Shown here: positions 41,012 through 50,481 of the stretch, one piece after another
Position numbering within the stretch: position 1 is the first letter of the stretch
Layout: every line of letters begins with the position of its first letter
IMG/VR virus record: IMGVR_UViG_3300005077_000028
Coordinates: 1-53,953 of that record
DNA length: 53,953 nucleotides
DNA from: a virus
Taxonomy: Duplodnaviria > Caudoviricetes
Direction: 5' to 3' (one strand)
The notes under the pieces: model-generated
Databases searched by the model: none
The model's input: only the letters and a program-made list of their open reading frames with translations
What the model was told of the DNA's origin: nothing
Translations under genes and position numbers: made by a program

Positions 41012-41440
41012 TTATTCATCTTCTAATTGCATTATTAATCTTGAAGCCCAAGTGGGGTCATCTGAATTTAATTTTACTTCTTCAGTAAAATCTTCAAAAT
41101 CATGTCCTACTAATTTATAAGGTTGTTTTGCTTCTATATCTACAAAACAATGTCGTAATTCATGTCTAATTAAACGTTCACGATCTTTAGGAGTTTTATC
41201 TGTTATATTCCAAATATTTTCATCAATAAATAAAATATAATCATAATCATCTGGAGATAAAAACTTTTCTAAACTTGATGTCATTTTAATATATGCTAAT
41301 ACAACTCTACCTTTAGATTTCTTAGCTTTTTCATAAAATAAAATTTTAAATTTTGCATTAACTAAATTAGAAAAATATTGTTTTACAACTTGATCTTTTA
41401 ATTCATATACTGAATTTGGAACATCTTTAAATTTTGGCAT
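41012..41440 (-). CDS. putative phage metallopeptidase
   Basis: LIRHELRH...GHDFEDF. Confidence 0.75.
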   Translation of the reverse strand: MPKFKDVPNSVYELKDQVVKQYFSNLVNAKFKILFYEKAKKSKGRVVLAYIKMTSSLEKFLSPDDYDYILFIDENIWNITDKTPKDRERLIRHELRHCFVDIEAKQPYKLVGHDFEDFTEEVKLNSDDPTWASRLIMQLEDE

Positions 41441-41447
41441 CTTTTTA

Positions 41448-41963
41448 TTACTCCTTTATATTTATAATATTATTTTTCCATATTATTTGTAAATCTCTAG
41501 ATAAAAACATAAAAGGCATATACCTTAATGTATATTTTAAATTTTTATCAGAATAAAAAGGATTAAAATTTTCAAAATCTATTATTCTACCATTTCTTCC
41601 AAAAATAAAAATATATTTATAATCTGAATATTTTTTAATATGTTTAAACCGATTTATAATTTTTTCAAAATAAGATTTTTTTATTCTTAAATTAGGATAC
41701 ATAAATAATGTTTTTATCTCTAAAATATCATTATTAAATAATAAATCTTCATATTTTTTATCACAAAATGAAAAATGTTCATTATATATTTGCACTAAAC
41801 AATGTTCTAATAATTCTCCATTTAATCTACTTTCTTCTGTACCATATGGCTTAGACATTATTTCATTGAATATATTATTATAATCTGTTAACTGTTCAGT
41901 GTAAATATATTTGTCTTTAGGAATTAAATCAAATGGAAGTGGATCCAAATCCGCCAGCACCAC
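41448..41963 (-). CDS. hypothetical protein (possible PD-(D/E)xK-like)
   Basis: GELLE...EDLL...LEIKT weak pattern. Confidence 0.45.
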   Translation of the reverse strand: MVLADLDPLPFDLIPKDKYIYTEQLTDYNNIFNEIMSKPYGTEESRLNGELLEHCLVQIYNEHFSFCDKKYEDLLFNNDILEIKTLFMYPNLRIKKSYFEKIINRFKHIKKYSDYKYIFIFGRNGRIIDFENFNPFYSDKNLKYTLRYMPFMFLSRDLQIIWKNNIINIKE

Positions 41964-42378
41964 GAGTAGATTTTTCTAAATATAAATCTTTAAAATCTAC
42001 TTCTACTGGATTTAAATAATTCATTTCAATAAGAATAAATTGAATAATTTTCATTCCTGGAAATATTTCAACATTTTTATCAGATGTATTAATTAAATTA
42101 ATATGTACTTCTCCTTGGTATTCTTGATCCACTACACATGCACCAATCATTAACCCTAATTTAGACGAAATCCCAGATTTATTAAATGCAATTAAAGCAT
42201 ACCCTTCTGGGATATTAAAATGAATTCCACTAGGTATCAAAATATTTTCATGAGGTTTTAATACCTTAACTTTTTTATCATTGAAATCATTAGGAATAAA
42301 TAAATCTATTCCAGCATCAGTATTATGTGCTCTATTAGGACTTTTTACATCTCTAACCTTACTAAAACTAAACTCCAT
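41929..42378 (-). CDS. dut: trimeric dUTPase
   Basis: AGIDL, KSG, VVDQEYQGE, IIQF, RGAGGFGST. Confidence 0.93.
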   Translation of the reverse strand: MEFSFSKVRDVKSPNRAHNTDAGIDLFIPNDFNDKKVKVLKPHENILIPSGIHFNIPEGYALIAFNKSGISSKLGLMIGACVVDQEYQGEVHINLINTSDKNVEIFPGMKIIQFILIEMNYLNPVEVDFKDLYLEKSTRGAGGFGSTSI

Positions 42379-42397
42379 ATTTACTAATTAATCCTCC

Positions 42398-42727
42398 TTA
42401 ATCTATATATTTTATAATCATCTTATCATTTTCTACTTCATCCATTAATTCACTTGAATCCCAGGGAGCATCCATAAAAATAAATAAATCTTTTTCATAA
42501 TTTATTTTATTCATAAATTTATTTTCATCTTTAAAGTTTTCATTAAACTCTTCTTCATCCATTCCATAATTATCTAAAACGTATGATTTATTAACTGGTT
42601 TTCCGATAAACGAATTGACTAATAATTTATAATCTTTATCTGTATTATATTTTTCTTTCATTCCAAATAAAACACAAATAAATGATGATGAACTACTATT
42701 ACTTACAAACCCCATTCTTAATTTCAT
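42398..42727 (-). CDS. MKIRxGFVSNSSS-motif protein
   Basis: N-terminus MKLRMGFVSNSSSSSFIC. Confidence 0.8.
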   Translation of the reverse strand: MKLRMGFVSNSSSSSFICVLFGMKEKYNTDKDYKLLVNSFIGKPVNKSYVLDNYGMDEEEFNENFKDENKFMNKINYEKDLFIFMDAPWDSSELMDEVENDKMIIKYID

Positions 42728-42729
42728 TT

Positions 42730-43029
42730 TTAATCTTCTTCTGGTAAATATTTATCTTCATCATATATATCTTCATATAATAAATAATCTTCAGAGCATA
42801 AATCACATAATTGTTCCCATCCTTGTAATTCATGAATCCAAGATTTATCTGGTGCTTTAAACCATGTATCATGTAAAATTCTACATATATTATTATCTTT
42901 ATTTTCTATTAGAATTTTAGATAATTCTAATTCTTTGTAATTAAATTTATTAATTAATTCTAATAAATTTTTCTTATATTTATTAACAATATTCCACCAT
43001 TCTTCTTTTGTAGTTGGGTATGAATACAT
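42730..43029 (-). CDS. hypothetical protein
   Basis: W..APD..WIH...GW..LCDLCSE. Confidence 0.7.
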   Translation of the reverse strand: MYSYPTTKEEWWNIVNKYKKNLLELINKFNYKELELSKILIENKDNNICRILHDTWFKAPDKSWIHELQGWEQLCDLCSEDYLLYEDIYDEDKYLPEED

Positions 43030-43037
43030 TTATTCTC

Positions 43038-43958
43038 CTAAAAAAAAGTATTAAATGCTAATTGTTTATGTAGATCTAATATATATGTTTTATTTAAAGG
43101 TTCTAATAGCATTTCTATTTTACGAGTAAAGTATTTTTCTATCATAATATTTCTATCTGGGATAATTCCATTTTCTTCAAATTCCTTTGGCCATTCAACA
43201 TAACATATAGAATTCATCCCAAATTGATTATCTTTTAAATATATTACTTTTGCTTTTTCATCACCTTCTAACCATTCATATTGATTTTTTAGATTGAATG
43301 TTTCTAATAATAATCTATAATTAGCTACACCTTTGATATGCCATGGGATTCCTAAAGTTTTTCCAGCTGTATTTTTTAAATCTGTTCTTAATTCTGTATC
43401 TGATTTAAAATAACTTTTTAATGATTTTCTTTCTGAGTTATTTCCTTTAGGTGGTAATGTTATATTAGCAGAAATGTCTTCTAATTCACATATTAACATT
43501 TCTTTTTTACATTTTTCTATTTTATCTACAATTTCATCTTCAGTAGATTTTCTCATTATCATATTTAATATATTATCTAAATATTTTCTAATTATTACGG
43601 GAGTATCAGATCTTATAATTTCAATACCTTTTACTTTTACTTTATCTGTATCTATACCTTCTTCATTTATTGCCCAATATGCATATCTCTTTTTCTTAAT
43701 AAATAATGCGGTTTTTGCAACTAACTCATGTTTTAATCCTATTTTAAAATCTTTTACATTAGAATTATATTGCTCTAATTGTGTTTCATTAAATGTTCTT
43801 TCATTTACATAATCTTGAATCTTATTAGCAATATTTAAAATTAATTTTAATTTTAAATTTTCAGATAATTCTACCCACTTAGGATTAACAGTATCTAAAT
43901 ACTTTCCTATTGCTAAAAATATAGAATCAGTATCTATATATGTAACAAAATCAATCAT
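43038..43958 (-). CDS. family B DNA polymerase, C-terminal subunit (gp43B-like)
   Basis: YIDTDS, KKKRYA, KVKGIEIIRSDTP. Confidence 0.92.
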   Translation of the reverse strand: MIDFVTYIDTDSIFLAIGKYLDTVNPKWVELSENLKLKLILNIANKIQDYVNERTFNETQLEQYNSNVKDFKIGLKHELVAKTALFIKKKRYAYWAINEEGIDTDKVKVKGIEIIRSDTPVIIRKYLDNILNMIMRKSTEDEIVDKIEKCKKEMLICELEDISANITLPPKGNNSERKSLKSYFKSDTELRTDLKNTAGKTLGIPWHIKGVANYRLLLETFNLKNQYEWLEGDEKAKVIYLKDNQFGMNSICYVEWPKEFEENGIIPDRNIMIEKYFTRKIEMLLEPLNKTYILDLHKQLAFNTFF

Positions 43959-45733
43959 TTAGACACCTTTAATAAAGAATCAATAATTTTTGATACTTGT
44001 TTATTTTTGATTTTATCATTCATAAAATCGTTTGCATAATCTTGGGCTCTTAATATAGTATTAACCCCACATGTAGTAATAGCTAATGAAATATCTGGAT
44101 TAAAATATCTAGAATAAGGTACTGATGTTGCCCCATAAGTACTATTAAGTAAAGCTTTTAGAGCTGTTTGATATGAATTTAAAATACTTATTTTTATTTT
44201 TATTATATCTATTTTCTTTTTATCTTTTATTGATTCTAAAGAGTGTTTTAGTTTAAACATTTTTTGTTTTGTTTCTTTACGTTTCATAAAATATGTTTTT
44301 TGAATATCTGCAATTACACCTTTTCTATCATTAACAAAAATAGTACCACATGGGGCAATTGAGAATTTTTTCATTTTTACTGCATTATTAAATTTTAATA
44401 ATAATTCATCTTTAAAATGTTTTACATTTCCAGATTTACTTTTAAACATAAAATCTGGGAATTCTTTTAATTGTGTATATTTAACTATTTGTTCTTCAGT
44501 TTTATCTGTTATTCTTCCATAATATGTTTCAACACTCATATTTAAAGTAATTATATGTGAAGGATATGAAGATGTAATATCTAAATCTATTACATATTCA
44601 TAAAATCCTTTTAAAGGATCTTTTACAATTGCCCCGGTAAACGGGTGTGATGATTGAAATTCATCATGATATGGAGCACATAAATTATTTCTTCTAAAAT
44701 ATGTTAATAAGGCTCCTTCAATCATTTTAGTTTGTGATTCAGTAAATACTAATGGGACTTTAGTTAATAAAGAAACAGCTAACATATTATGTTGAATAAA
44801 TCCACGTTTTTTCTCAATTTGATCTACTCTTCTTACGTCAATTATATTATATTCAACATATTTTTGATAATTTTGTTGATATAAATTTCTTAATCCTATT
44901 GCCCCAGATCCATATTCAGAATAATCTAATTTACCTTCTCCTAATTCTTCTTTAGCAACAGTATCTAACCTAAAATTTTCTAAATTTTTATATGCATATC
45001 GCTTATATGTAGGTAAATAATCTATAATAGAAATTCCAGGAATATCTAATTTATAATCACCTGTAGTTGATTCCCATTGTCTTAATAAATTAATAGGAGA
45101 TAATTGTTCAATTAATTTATCATTACCAGATAACAACCTTGTTCTTTCTATAATATAAGGAAAGTCAAAGTTATATATATTCCACCCAGTAAATATATCC
45201 GGAGGATTTTCATGAATAAAATGAATCATATTTTTTAATAATTCAAAATCATTTGCACATTTGAAATATACAGTTTTATCATCAGGTGTAAAATCATGTA
45301 AACCAAATACATATACTTTATCATTAAAATTATTATGAATTGATATTACTGTAATAGGATATTTAGGATTCTTATAAGATGGAAATTCCTCAGCATCAAT
45401 TTCAATATCTATAGTATAAATTAATAATCTAGGATGTTCTAATTCATCATCTGGAATTCCATAATATCGTTCTGTTAAATATTGAATTTGAGGAGCAACA
45501 TTATTTTCATAAATTCCAGATTTTTTAAATTTTTCATATTTACGTTTATCCCAATATGAATTAAAAGTTTTTTTTGTTGCTTTATTACCATCAATAGTAT
45601 CTACATTACCATCTAAATCTCGAATATATAAATAAGGAGTCCAATCATATATATCATATAATCGTTCACCTTTTACTGTATGCCATAAATGCATTTTAGA
45701 TTTTTTTTGGTCATAATATATATTTCTAAACAA
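43955..45733 (-). CDS. family B DNA polymerase, N-terminal subunit (gp43A-like)
   Basis: ExoI DIE, GWN..FD.PY, YNIID, DITSSYP, KALLNSTYG. Confidence 0.93.
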   Translation of the reverse strand: MFRNIYYDQKKSKMHLWHTVKGERLYDIYDWTPYLYIRDLDGNVDTIDGNKATKKTFNSYWDKRKYEKFKKSGIYENNVAPQIQYLTERYYGIPDDELEHPRLLIYTIDIEIDAEEFPSYKNPKYPITVISIHNNFNDKVYVFGLHDFTPDDKTVYFKCANDFELLKNMIHFIHENPPDIFTGWNIYNFDFPYIIERTRLLSGNDKLIEQLSPINLLRQWESTTGDYKLDIPGISIIDYLPTYKRYAYKNLENFRLDTVAKEELGEGKLDYSEYGSGAIGLRNLYQQNYQKYVEYNIIDVRRVDQIEKKRGFIQHNMLAVSLLTKVPLVFTESQTKMIEGALLTYFRRNNLCAPYHDEFQSSHPFTGAIVKDPLKGFYEYVIDLDITSSYPSHIITLNMSVETYYGRITDKTEEQIVKYTQLKEFPDFMFKSKSGNVKHFKDELLLKFNNAVKMKKFSIAPCGTIFVNDRKGVIADIQKTYFMKRKETKQKMFKLKHSLESIKDKKKIDIIKIKISILNSYQTALKALLNSTYGATSVPYSRYFNPDISLAITTCGVNTILRAQDYANDFMNDKIKNKQVSKIIDSLLKVSK

Positions 45734-45775
45734 TATAATTCACCTCACATATTATATTATATTATATATAAATAT

Positions 45776-46135
45776 TTAATTAATATATATTTCTCGATCT
45801 ATAATTTTTTTAATATTTTCATCTGATAATTTTCTTTGTAAAGATCTTAAATATGCAAATTGAGCTTCTTCTCCCCATAATACATTTTCATTATCTACAT
45901 AATATGAAGAATATACTCTAGTATTTGAATATTTATTATTTAATATAATTGCTATATTAGCAGCTAAAGCTGGTGGCGTAGATAAATCAAAACAAATTTG
46001 TAATTCACTTTCAGTAGGCATAATCAATAAAAACGGAGCAATTACCATACCCGTTTCACACTGTAAATGATTTTCATTAAAAACTTTACACTCAATTAAA
46101 AACTCTTTAATTTCATCTAAAGTAGGAATTTTCAT
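45776..46135 (-). CDS. hypothetical protein
   Basis: Coupled ORF. Confidence 0.65.
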   Translation of the reverse strand: MKIPTLDEIKEFLIECKVFNENHLQCETGMVIAPFLLIMPTESELQICFDLSTPPALAANIAIILNNKYSNTRVYSSYYVDNENVLWGEEAQFAYLRSLQRKLSDENIKKIIDREIYIN

Positions 46136-46515
46136 TTTAATAACCCACGTTCAGGATTAACTAATGACTCCTTTTGATTAAACCCAATTAAATTCCCATA
46201 CCCTTCAAATGATAAAATAGAATCCGTTACAAATTGCATAATCCTAGGATGTTTTGTAATATTTTCAATAGATTCTAACATTGTATTTAATTTAATTTTT
46301 AAATGATAATCTTTATTATCTTTAATTAATTCTTGAATTAATTCTATAGAAGATCTAATCCATACTTTAATATTATCAACTGACATAAATTGCATTTCAT
46401 CATTAAGTATAGTCATTAAAAGAGCAAATGCTTCTCGAGTTGAAATTGGCTGACCTATTGACATACCATTAATTTTTACTCTAACATCTTTAACACTTTT
46501 TGCTGTCATTTCCAT
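46132..46515 (-). CDS. hypothetical protein
   Basis: Coupled ORF. Confidence 0.65.
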   Translation of the reverse strand: MEMTAKSVKDVRVKINGMSIGQPISTREAFALLMTILNDEMQFMSVDNIKVWIRSSIELIQELIKDNKDYHLKIKLNTMLESIENITKHPRIMQFVTDSILSFEGYGNLIGFNQKESLVNPERGLLK

Positions 46516-46865
46516 ATTCCTTTCTCATATTTTTCTTGATAAATATCTGCAAATAATGATTCTAGATCAGTATTTCCTTTTTCTTCATTTAAATTTTCAG
46601 GATACCCTAACATATATATATTATCATCTGGTAATCTATTAATAAATTTCTCGATCAATTCTTTCAAACATTGTGAACATATATATACAATATCACCTTT
46701 TACCAAAGATGTATATTTATTATAACATTCTTGACAAACGGTTGTCCCATCATTCAATAATATCATATTTCTAGCAGAATTATTATTAATATGTTTACAA
46801 ATTGCTCGGATTTTTAAATAATTTTGATGTATCGAACACCTTTCTAATATAAGTTTATCTTTCAT
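46506..46865 (-). CDS. Cys/His-rich hypothetical protein
   Basis: CSIH, CKH, CQEC, CSQC. Confidence 0.65.
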   Translation of the reverse strand: MKDKLILERCSIHQNYLKIRAICKHINNNSARNMILLNDGTTVCQECYNKYTSLVKGDIVYICSQCLKELIEKFINRLPDDNIYMLGYPENLNEEKGNTDLESLFADIYQEKYEKGIWK

Positions 46866-46908
46866 CTTTTTACTCCTTTTATAAATATATATATAAAATG
46901 GGATTTAT

Positions 46909-47004
46909 ATAAAATTTAAAATATTTCTTGAAAATAATAACAAAAAATTGGATGATGATAATTTTAATAAAATAAAATCACATACTAGAAATTTACATAC
47001 ATAA
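46909..47004 (+). pseudogene. remnant of a tagged gene (ATA start)
   Basis: (I)KFKIFLENN...; downstream of TATAAATA at 46880-46887. Confidence 0.45.
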
Positions 47005-47035
47005 AAATATGTGATATATCTAAATAGGAGTTTGA

Positions 47036-47530
47036 ATGAGTGAAATAAATTTAACTAATATGTCAAATATATTTGAATTAGAAAATTCTATTAAAGAAGA
47101 TACTAAAGATCTAGTAAAATCTATTAATAATTTACCAGATAATATAAATGAAGAATCATCTGAGGATATAATAAGAGAAAATATAGATAATGCTAGAGAG
47201 TTATTTGATTTAGTTATGCAACAAATACAGCATGGAAATTTAACTGCGGGTTTAGCTCAAAGTGCTGCAACAATTATTAATGCAATAACTAATGCAGCAA
47301 ATTCTATTCAAACCGTTCAATTAAATGATTTTAATATGGAATTAAAAGAAAGATCATTATCTATTAAAGAAGAAGAATTAAAATTAAAAATTAAAGATGC
47401 TAAAAACCCACAAAATCAAACAAATATTCTAGTTGTTGATACTCGAGAAAAAGTTCTACAAGCATTAAAAGATGTTATTAAATTAGAAACAAAACCACTA
47501 GAATCTGAGGAAAATATAATTGAAATTTAA
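47036..47530 (+). CDS. probable terminase small subunit (gp16-like)
   Basis: Helical IRENI...A..I...L pattern, QTNILVVDTREKVLQAL; size and context fit. Confidence 0.55.
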   Translation: MSEINLTNMSNIFELENSIKEDTKDLVKSINNLPDNINEESSEDIIRENIDNARELFDLVMQQIQHGNLTAGLAQSAATIINAITNAANSIQTVQLNDFNMELKERSLSIKEEELKLKIKDAKNPQNQTNILVVDTREKVLQALKDVIKLETKPLESEENIIEI

Positions 47531-48110
47531 TAAATATTTAACAGAAAATTATTTATCTACTGAGGAATTAAAAAGAACAATATTAATAGAATGTTCAGAT
47601 ATAATTAAAATATATAAGAAAGCTAAATCTTTTTTATATAGAGGAACAAAAATTTATCCATTTGATTATATTAAAAAATCCTCTAGATTGGAAGACCGAA
47701 TCCCTAGAGATACCCCTATTGAAATTCATAATTATATGAATAATTATTTTATGAAAAATTTTGGGTGGAAAGGTAGAAATGGGGTTTTTGCTTCGAATAA
47801 TGATATAACATTATATGGTAGTGATGTTGGTGTATTTTTTCCATATAATGGATTTAAGTTTATATATTCTTCTAAAATAGATGATTTAACTATGTATTTA
47901 GAGTTAGTTAATAAAAAGTATGATAAATTTGATAATAATAAAAAACAAGAAATATATAAAAAACTAAATGAAATATTAATAACATATACTGATAAAAATT
48001 TGTATAAAGTATTAAATCATTATAATAAAATTGAAGTTTCATTTAAATGTGATTATTATTATGTTATAGATTATAAATATTTTGAAGATGAATTTGGAGA
48101 TATTTTTTAA
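47520..48110 (+). CDS. tagged ADP-ribosyltransferase-like paralog 2
   Basis: MKFNKYLTE; FLYRG, DRIPRDTP.EIH, FGWKGRNGVFAS, YG, IEVSFKC. Confidence 0.6.
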   Translation: MKFNKYLTENYLSTEELKRTILIECSDIIKIYKKAKSFLYRGTKIYPFDYIKKSSRLEDRIPRDTPIEIHNYMNNYFMKNFGWKGRNGVFASNNDITLYGSDVGVFFPYNGFKFIYSSKIDDLTMYLELVNKKYDKFDNNKKQEIYKKLNEILITYTDKNLYKVLNHYNKIEVSFKCDYYYVIDYKYFEDEFGDIF

Positions 48111-48820
48111 TGAAAACTTTTGGTGAATATTTAACAGAAAGTATAAATGATATAGGGATTTTTAAATCTGGGTGGATATTAGGATCTCCGGGTTCAGGAA
48201 AATCGTACACATTAAAAAAAATAAAATCTGGATCTATTGAACCTAGAATAATTAATACAGATAAAGTATTTTCATTATATAAAGGTGAGTGGAATAATTG
48301 GGCAAAAATACAATATAAAGTAAAAATATTAAATAAAAAAATATATACTTTATATATTAATTCAATGTTACCATTATTTATAGATAGTACATCTACTTCT
48401 CCTCAAGCTATATTAAGACGAAAATCTATTTTAGATTCTTTAGGATATGATACAGATTTTCTAGTTTTTATTAATACTGATTTAGATATAGCATTAGAAC
48501 GTGCATCAAAAAGAGAAAGAAAAGTAGATTCTGAATTTATTAAATATTCTCATCAAAGATCAGAAGAAGCCAAACAATATTTAAGAAGTAAATTTAAATA
48601 TTTTATTGAAATAAATAATAATGATGGAGAATTAACTAATGATGTAATATTATCTGCTTATAAAAAATTAATTAGATATTATAATTCTCCTATTGAAAAC
48701 CCTATTGGACAAAATATTAAAAAAGATTTACTTGAAATTAAAGGTAAATATTACACAGATTTAGAAAAATATAATATGACATTTATTAAAAAATATATAG
48801 ATTATTGGTATATGGACTAA
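48110..48820 (+). CDS. tagged P-loop kinase (zeta-toxin/AAA_33-like)
   Basis: MKTFGEYLTE; GSPGSGKS, INTD, IDST, ALERASKRER. Confidence 0.8.
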   Translation: MKTFGEYLTESINDIGIFKSGWILGSPGSGKSYTLKKIKSGSIEPRIINTDKVFSLYKGEWNNWAKIQYKVKILNKKIYTLYINSMLPLFIDSTSTSPQAILRRKSILDSLGYDTDFLVFINTDLDIALERASKRERKVDSEFIKYSHQRSEEAKQYLRSKFKYFIEINNNDGELTNDVILSAYKKLIRYYNSPIENPIGQNIKKDLLEIKGKYYTDLEKYNMTFIKKYIDYWYMD

Positions 48821-49437
48821 TGAAATTTAAAGATTATTTACAAAATGAAGATATAACTAAAAGTATTAATACTATATCTAGAGAGTGTTCTGAAATAATA
48901 GAAATTTATAATCAAACTGGGAATTTTTTATTTAGAGGAGAACGAAACAATTTTATTATTAAATTAAAATCTCATTTAAAAGATAGAATCCCGATGCATA
49001 CCCCAAAAGAAATTCATGAATTAGTTAATGATTATTTCATGAAGAATTTTGGGTGGAAAGGTAGAAATGGGGTTTTTGCTTCGAATAAAATAATTCAAAC
49101 TGTATATTATGGATCACAAAATATATTTTTACCAATAAATGAATTTAAATATATTTATTCTCCAATTGTATATGATTTATCTGATCAATTAGGGGTAATA
49201 ACCGATTATAATTTTGATAAATGGTCCCAAAATGATAAAAATGAAACATATATTAAATTATCAAAATTAATAGAAACATATACAGATAAAAATATAAAAT
49301 CTATGATTTGTTCTACTAAAAATATAGAAATATCATTTAATTGTAAATATTATTATTTAATACATTACAAAACTTTAAAATATTATAAAGAAGAATTTAA
49401 ATCTATATTTACTAGGAAATCTTATGCAAACCTTTAA
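48820..49437 (+). CDS. tagged ADP-ribosyltransferase-like paralog 3
   Basis: MKFKDYLQNE; FLFRG, DRIPMHTP.EIH, FGWKGRNGVFAS, YYG, IEISFNC. Confidence 0.6.
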   Translation: MKFKDYLQNEDITKSINTISRECSEIIEIYNQTGNFLFRGERNNFIIKLKSHLKDRIPMHTPKEIHELVNDYFMKNFGWKGRNGVFASNKIIQTVYYGSQNIFLPINEFKYIYSPIVYDLSDQLGVITDYNFDKWSQNDKNETYIKLSKLIETYTDKNIKSMICSTKNIEISFNCKYYYLIHYKTLKYYKEEFKSIFTRKSYANL

Positions 49438-50029
49438 AGATTATTATACAAAAGATAAAATTCATGAATTTAAAAATATAATATCTAAAGAATGTTCTGA
49501 TATATTAAAATTATATATTAATACCTTATCTGTATTTTATAGAGGGTATAATAAAAATATTAGTACATATGAATATATTATTCCTAGAAAAGATAGAAGA
49601 CCATTAGATACTGATCCTATATTACATGAATATATAAATAAAGTGTTTATTAAAGTATTTAAATGGCCAGTTAGAAATGGAATATTTGCTACTGCATCTA
49701 GATATATGGCTTCTTCATATGGTAATATTTATATTATATTTCCTGTAAATGGATTTAAATTTGTATATGGAACTAAAAATATAGATTTATCTGCTGAAAT
49801 AGATGACTTATATGATAAAGATATAGATGATATTAAACCATATTTAGAAAAACGGATTAAAGAAAATTATACAGATAAAAACCTAAAATATTTATTAGAT
49901 AATCATATGTCAAATGAAGTCTCGTTCAATTGTAAAGGATATTATCTATTAAATCCTACCTATTTTAAACATTATAAAATATCTGAATTAGAAATCCTAC
50001 AATTTTTGGATGGAAAACTAGATATTTAA
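49424..50029 (+). CDS. tagged ADP-ribosyltransferase-like paralog 4
   Basis: MQTFKDYY; VFYRG, DRRPLDT...H, W..RNGIFAT, A..YG, NEVSFNC. Confidence 0.6.
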   Translation: MQTFKDYYTKDKIHEFKNIISKECSDILKLYINTLSVFYRGYNKNISTYEYIIPRKDRRPLDTDPILHEYINKVFIKVFKWPVRNGIFATASRYMASSYGNIYIIFPVNGFKFVYGTKNIDLSAEIDDLYDKDIDDIKPYLEKRIKENYTDKNLKYLLDNHMSNEVSFNCKGYYLLNPTYFKHYKISELEILQFLDGKLDI

Positions 50030-50078
50030 TAAATAATTTTCTTATTTATAATTTAATTAATTAAAAGGTTAATGAAAA

Positions 50079-50336
50079 ATGTCATCATATATAGATAAAA
50101 TAAGATCTAAAGGATTGATTTCTCCTCCTTCTTGGATGGAAAATAATGTTGTATATGAAACTATTATGGGATCTGTCGCGTATGGAGTATCTGATGATAC
50201 TTCTGATATGGATATTTATGGAATTGTAATTCCTCCTAAAAGAATTGTTTTCCCTCATACTAATGGATATATTCATGGATTTGATAATCCTGTTAATTTT
50301 GAATCTTATCAACAACATCATATAAAAGATACATAA
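50079..50336 (+). pseudogene. truncated minimal-type (RlaP-like) nucleotidyltransferase
   Basis: MGSVAYG...SDMDIYG, then stops after 85 aa. Confidence 0.65.
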
Positions 50337-50441
50337 TTATTAAGGTAATTGTACATGTGATAAATGTAAAAATATCCTAGATAAAAATAGATTAGGTATA
50401 ATTTTAATGAATATTAGAACATTATTAAAAGTATAATTTCA

Positions 50442-50472
50442 CTATTTACTTTTTTGAAATTTATGTTATAAT
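50442..50472 (+). promoter_or_regulatory. early promoter
   Basis: CTATTTAC-N17-TATAAT with TG extension. Confidence 0.7.
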
Positions 50473-50481
50473 TATATTATA

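Noticed and set aside
43900-44010. Intron or intein at the polymerase break
   Set aside because: No intervening sequence or endonuclease; the ORFs abut through ATGA.
3157-50321. Short shadow ORFs (3157, 3387, 11943, 12341, 13134, 16825, 18556, 19812, 20977, 24687, 26699, 32229, 43474, 50085)
   Set aside because: They overlap well-supported genes, mostly antisense, and show no motifs.
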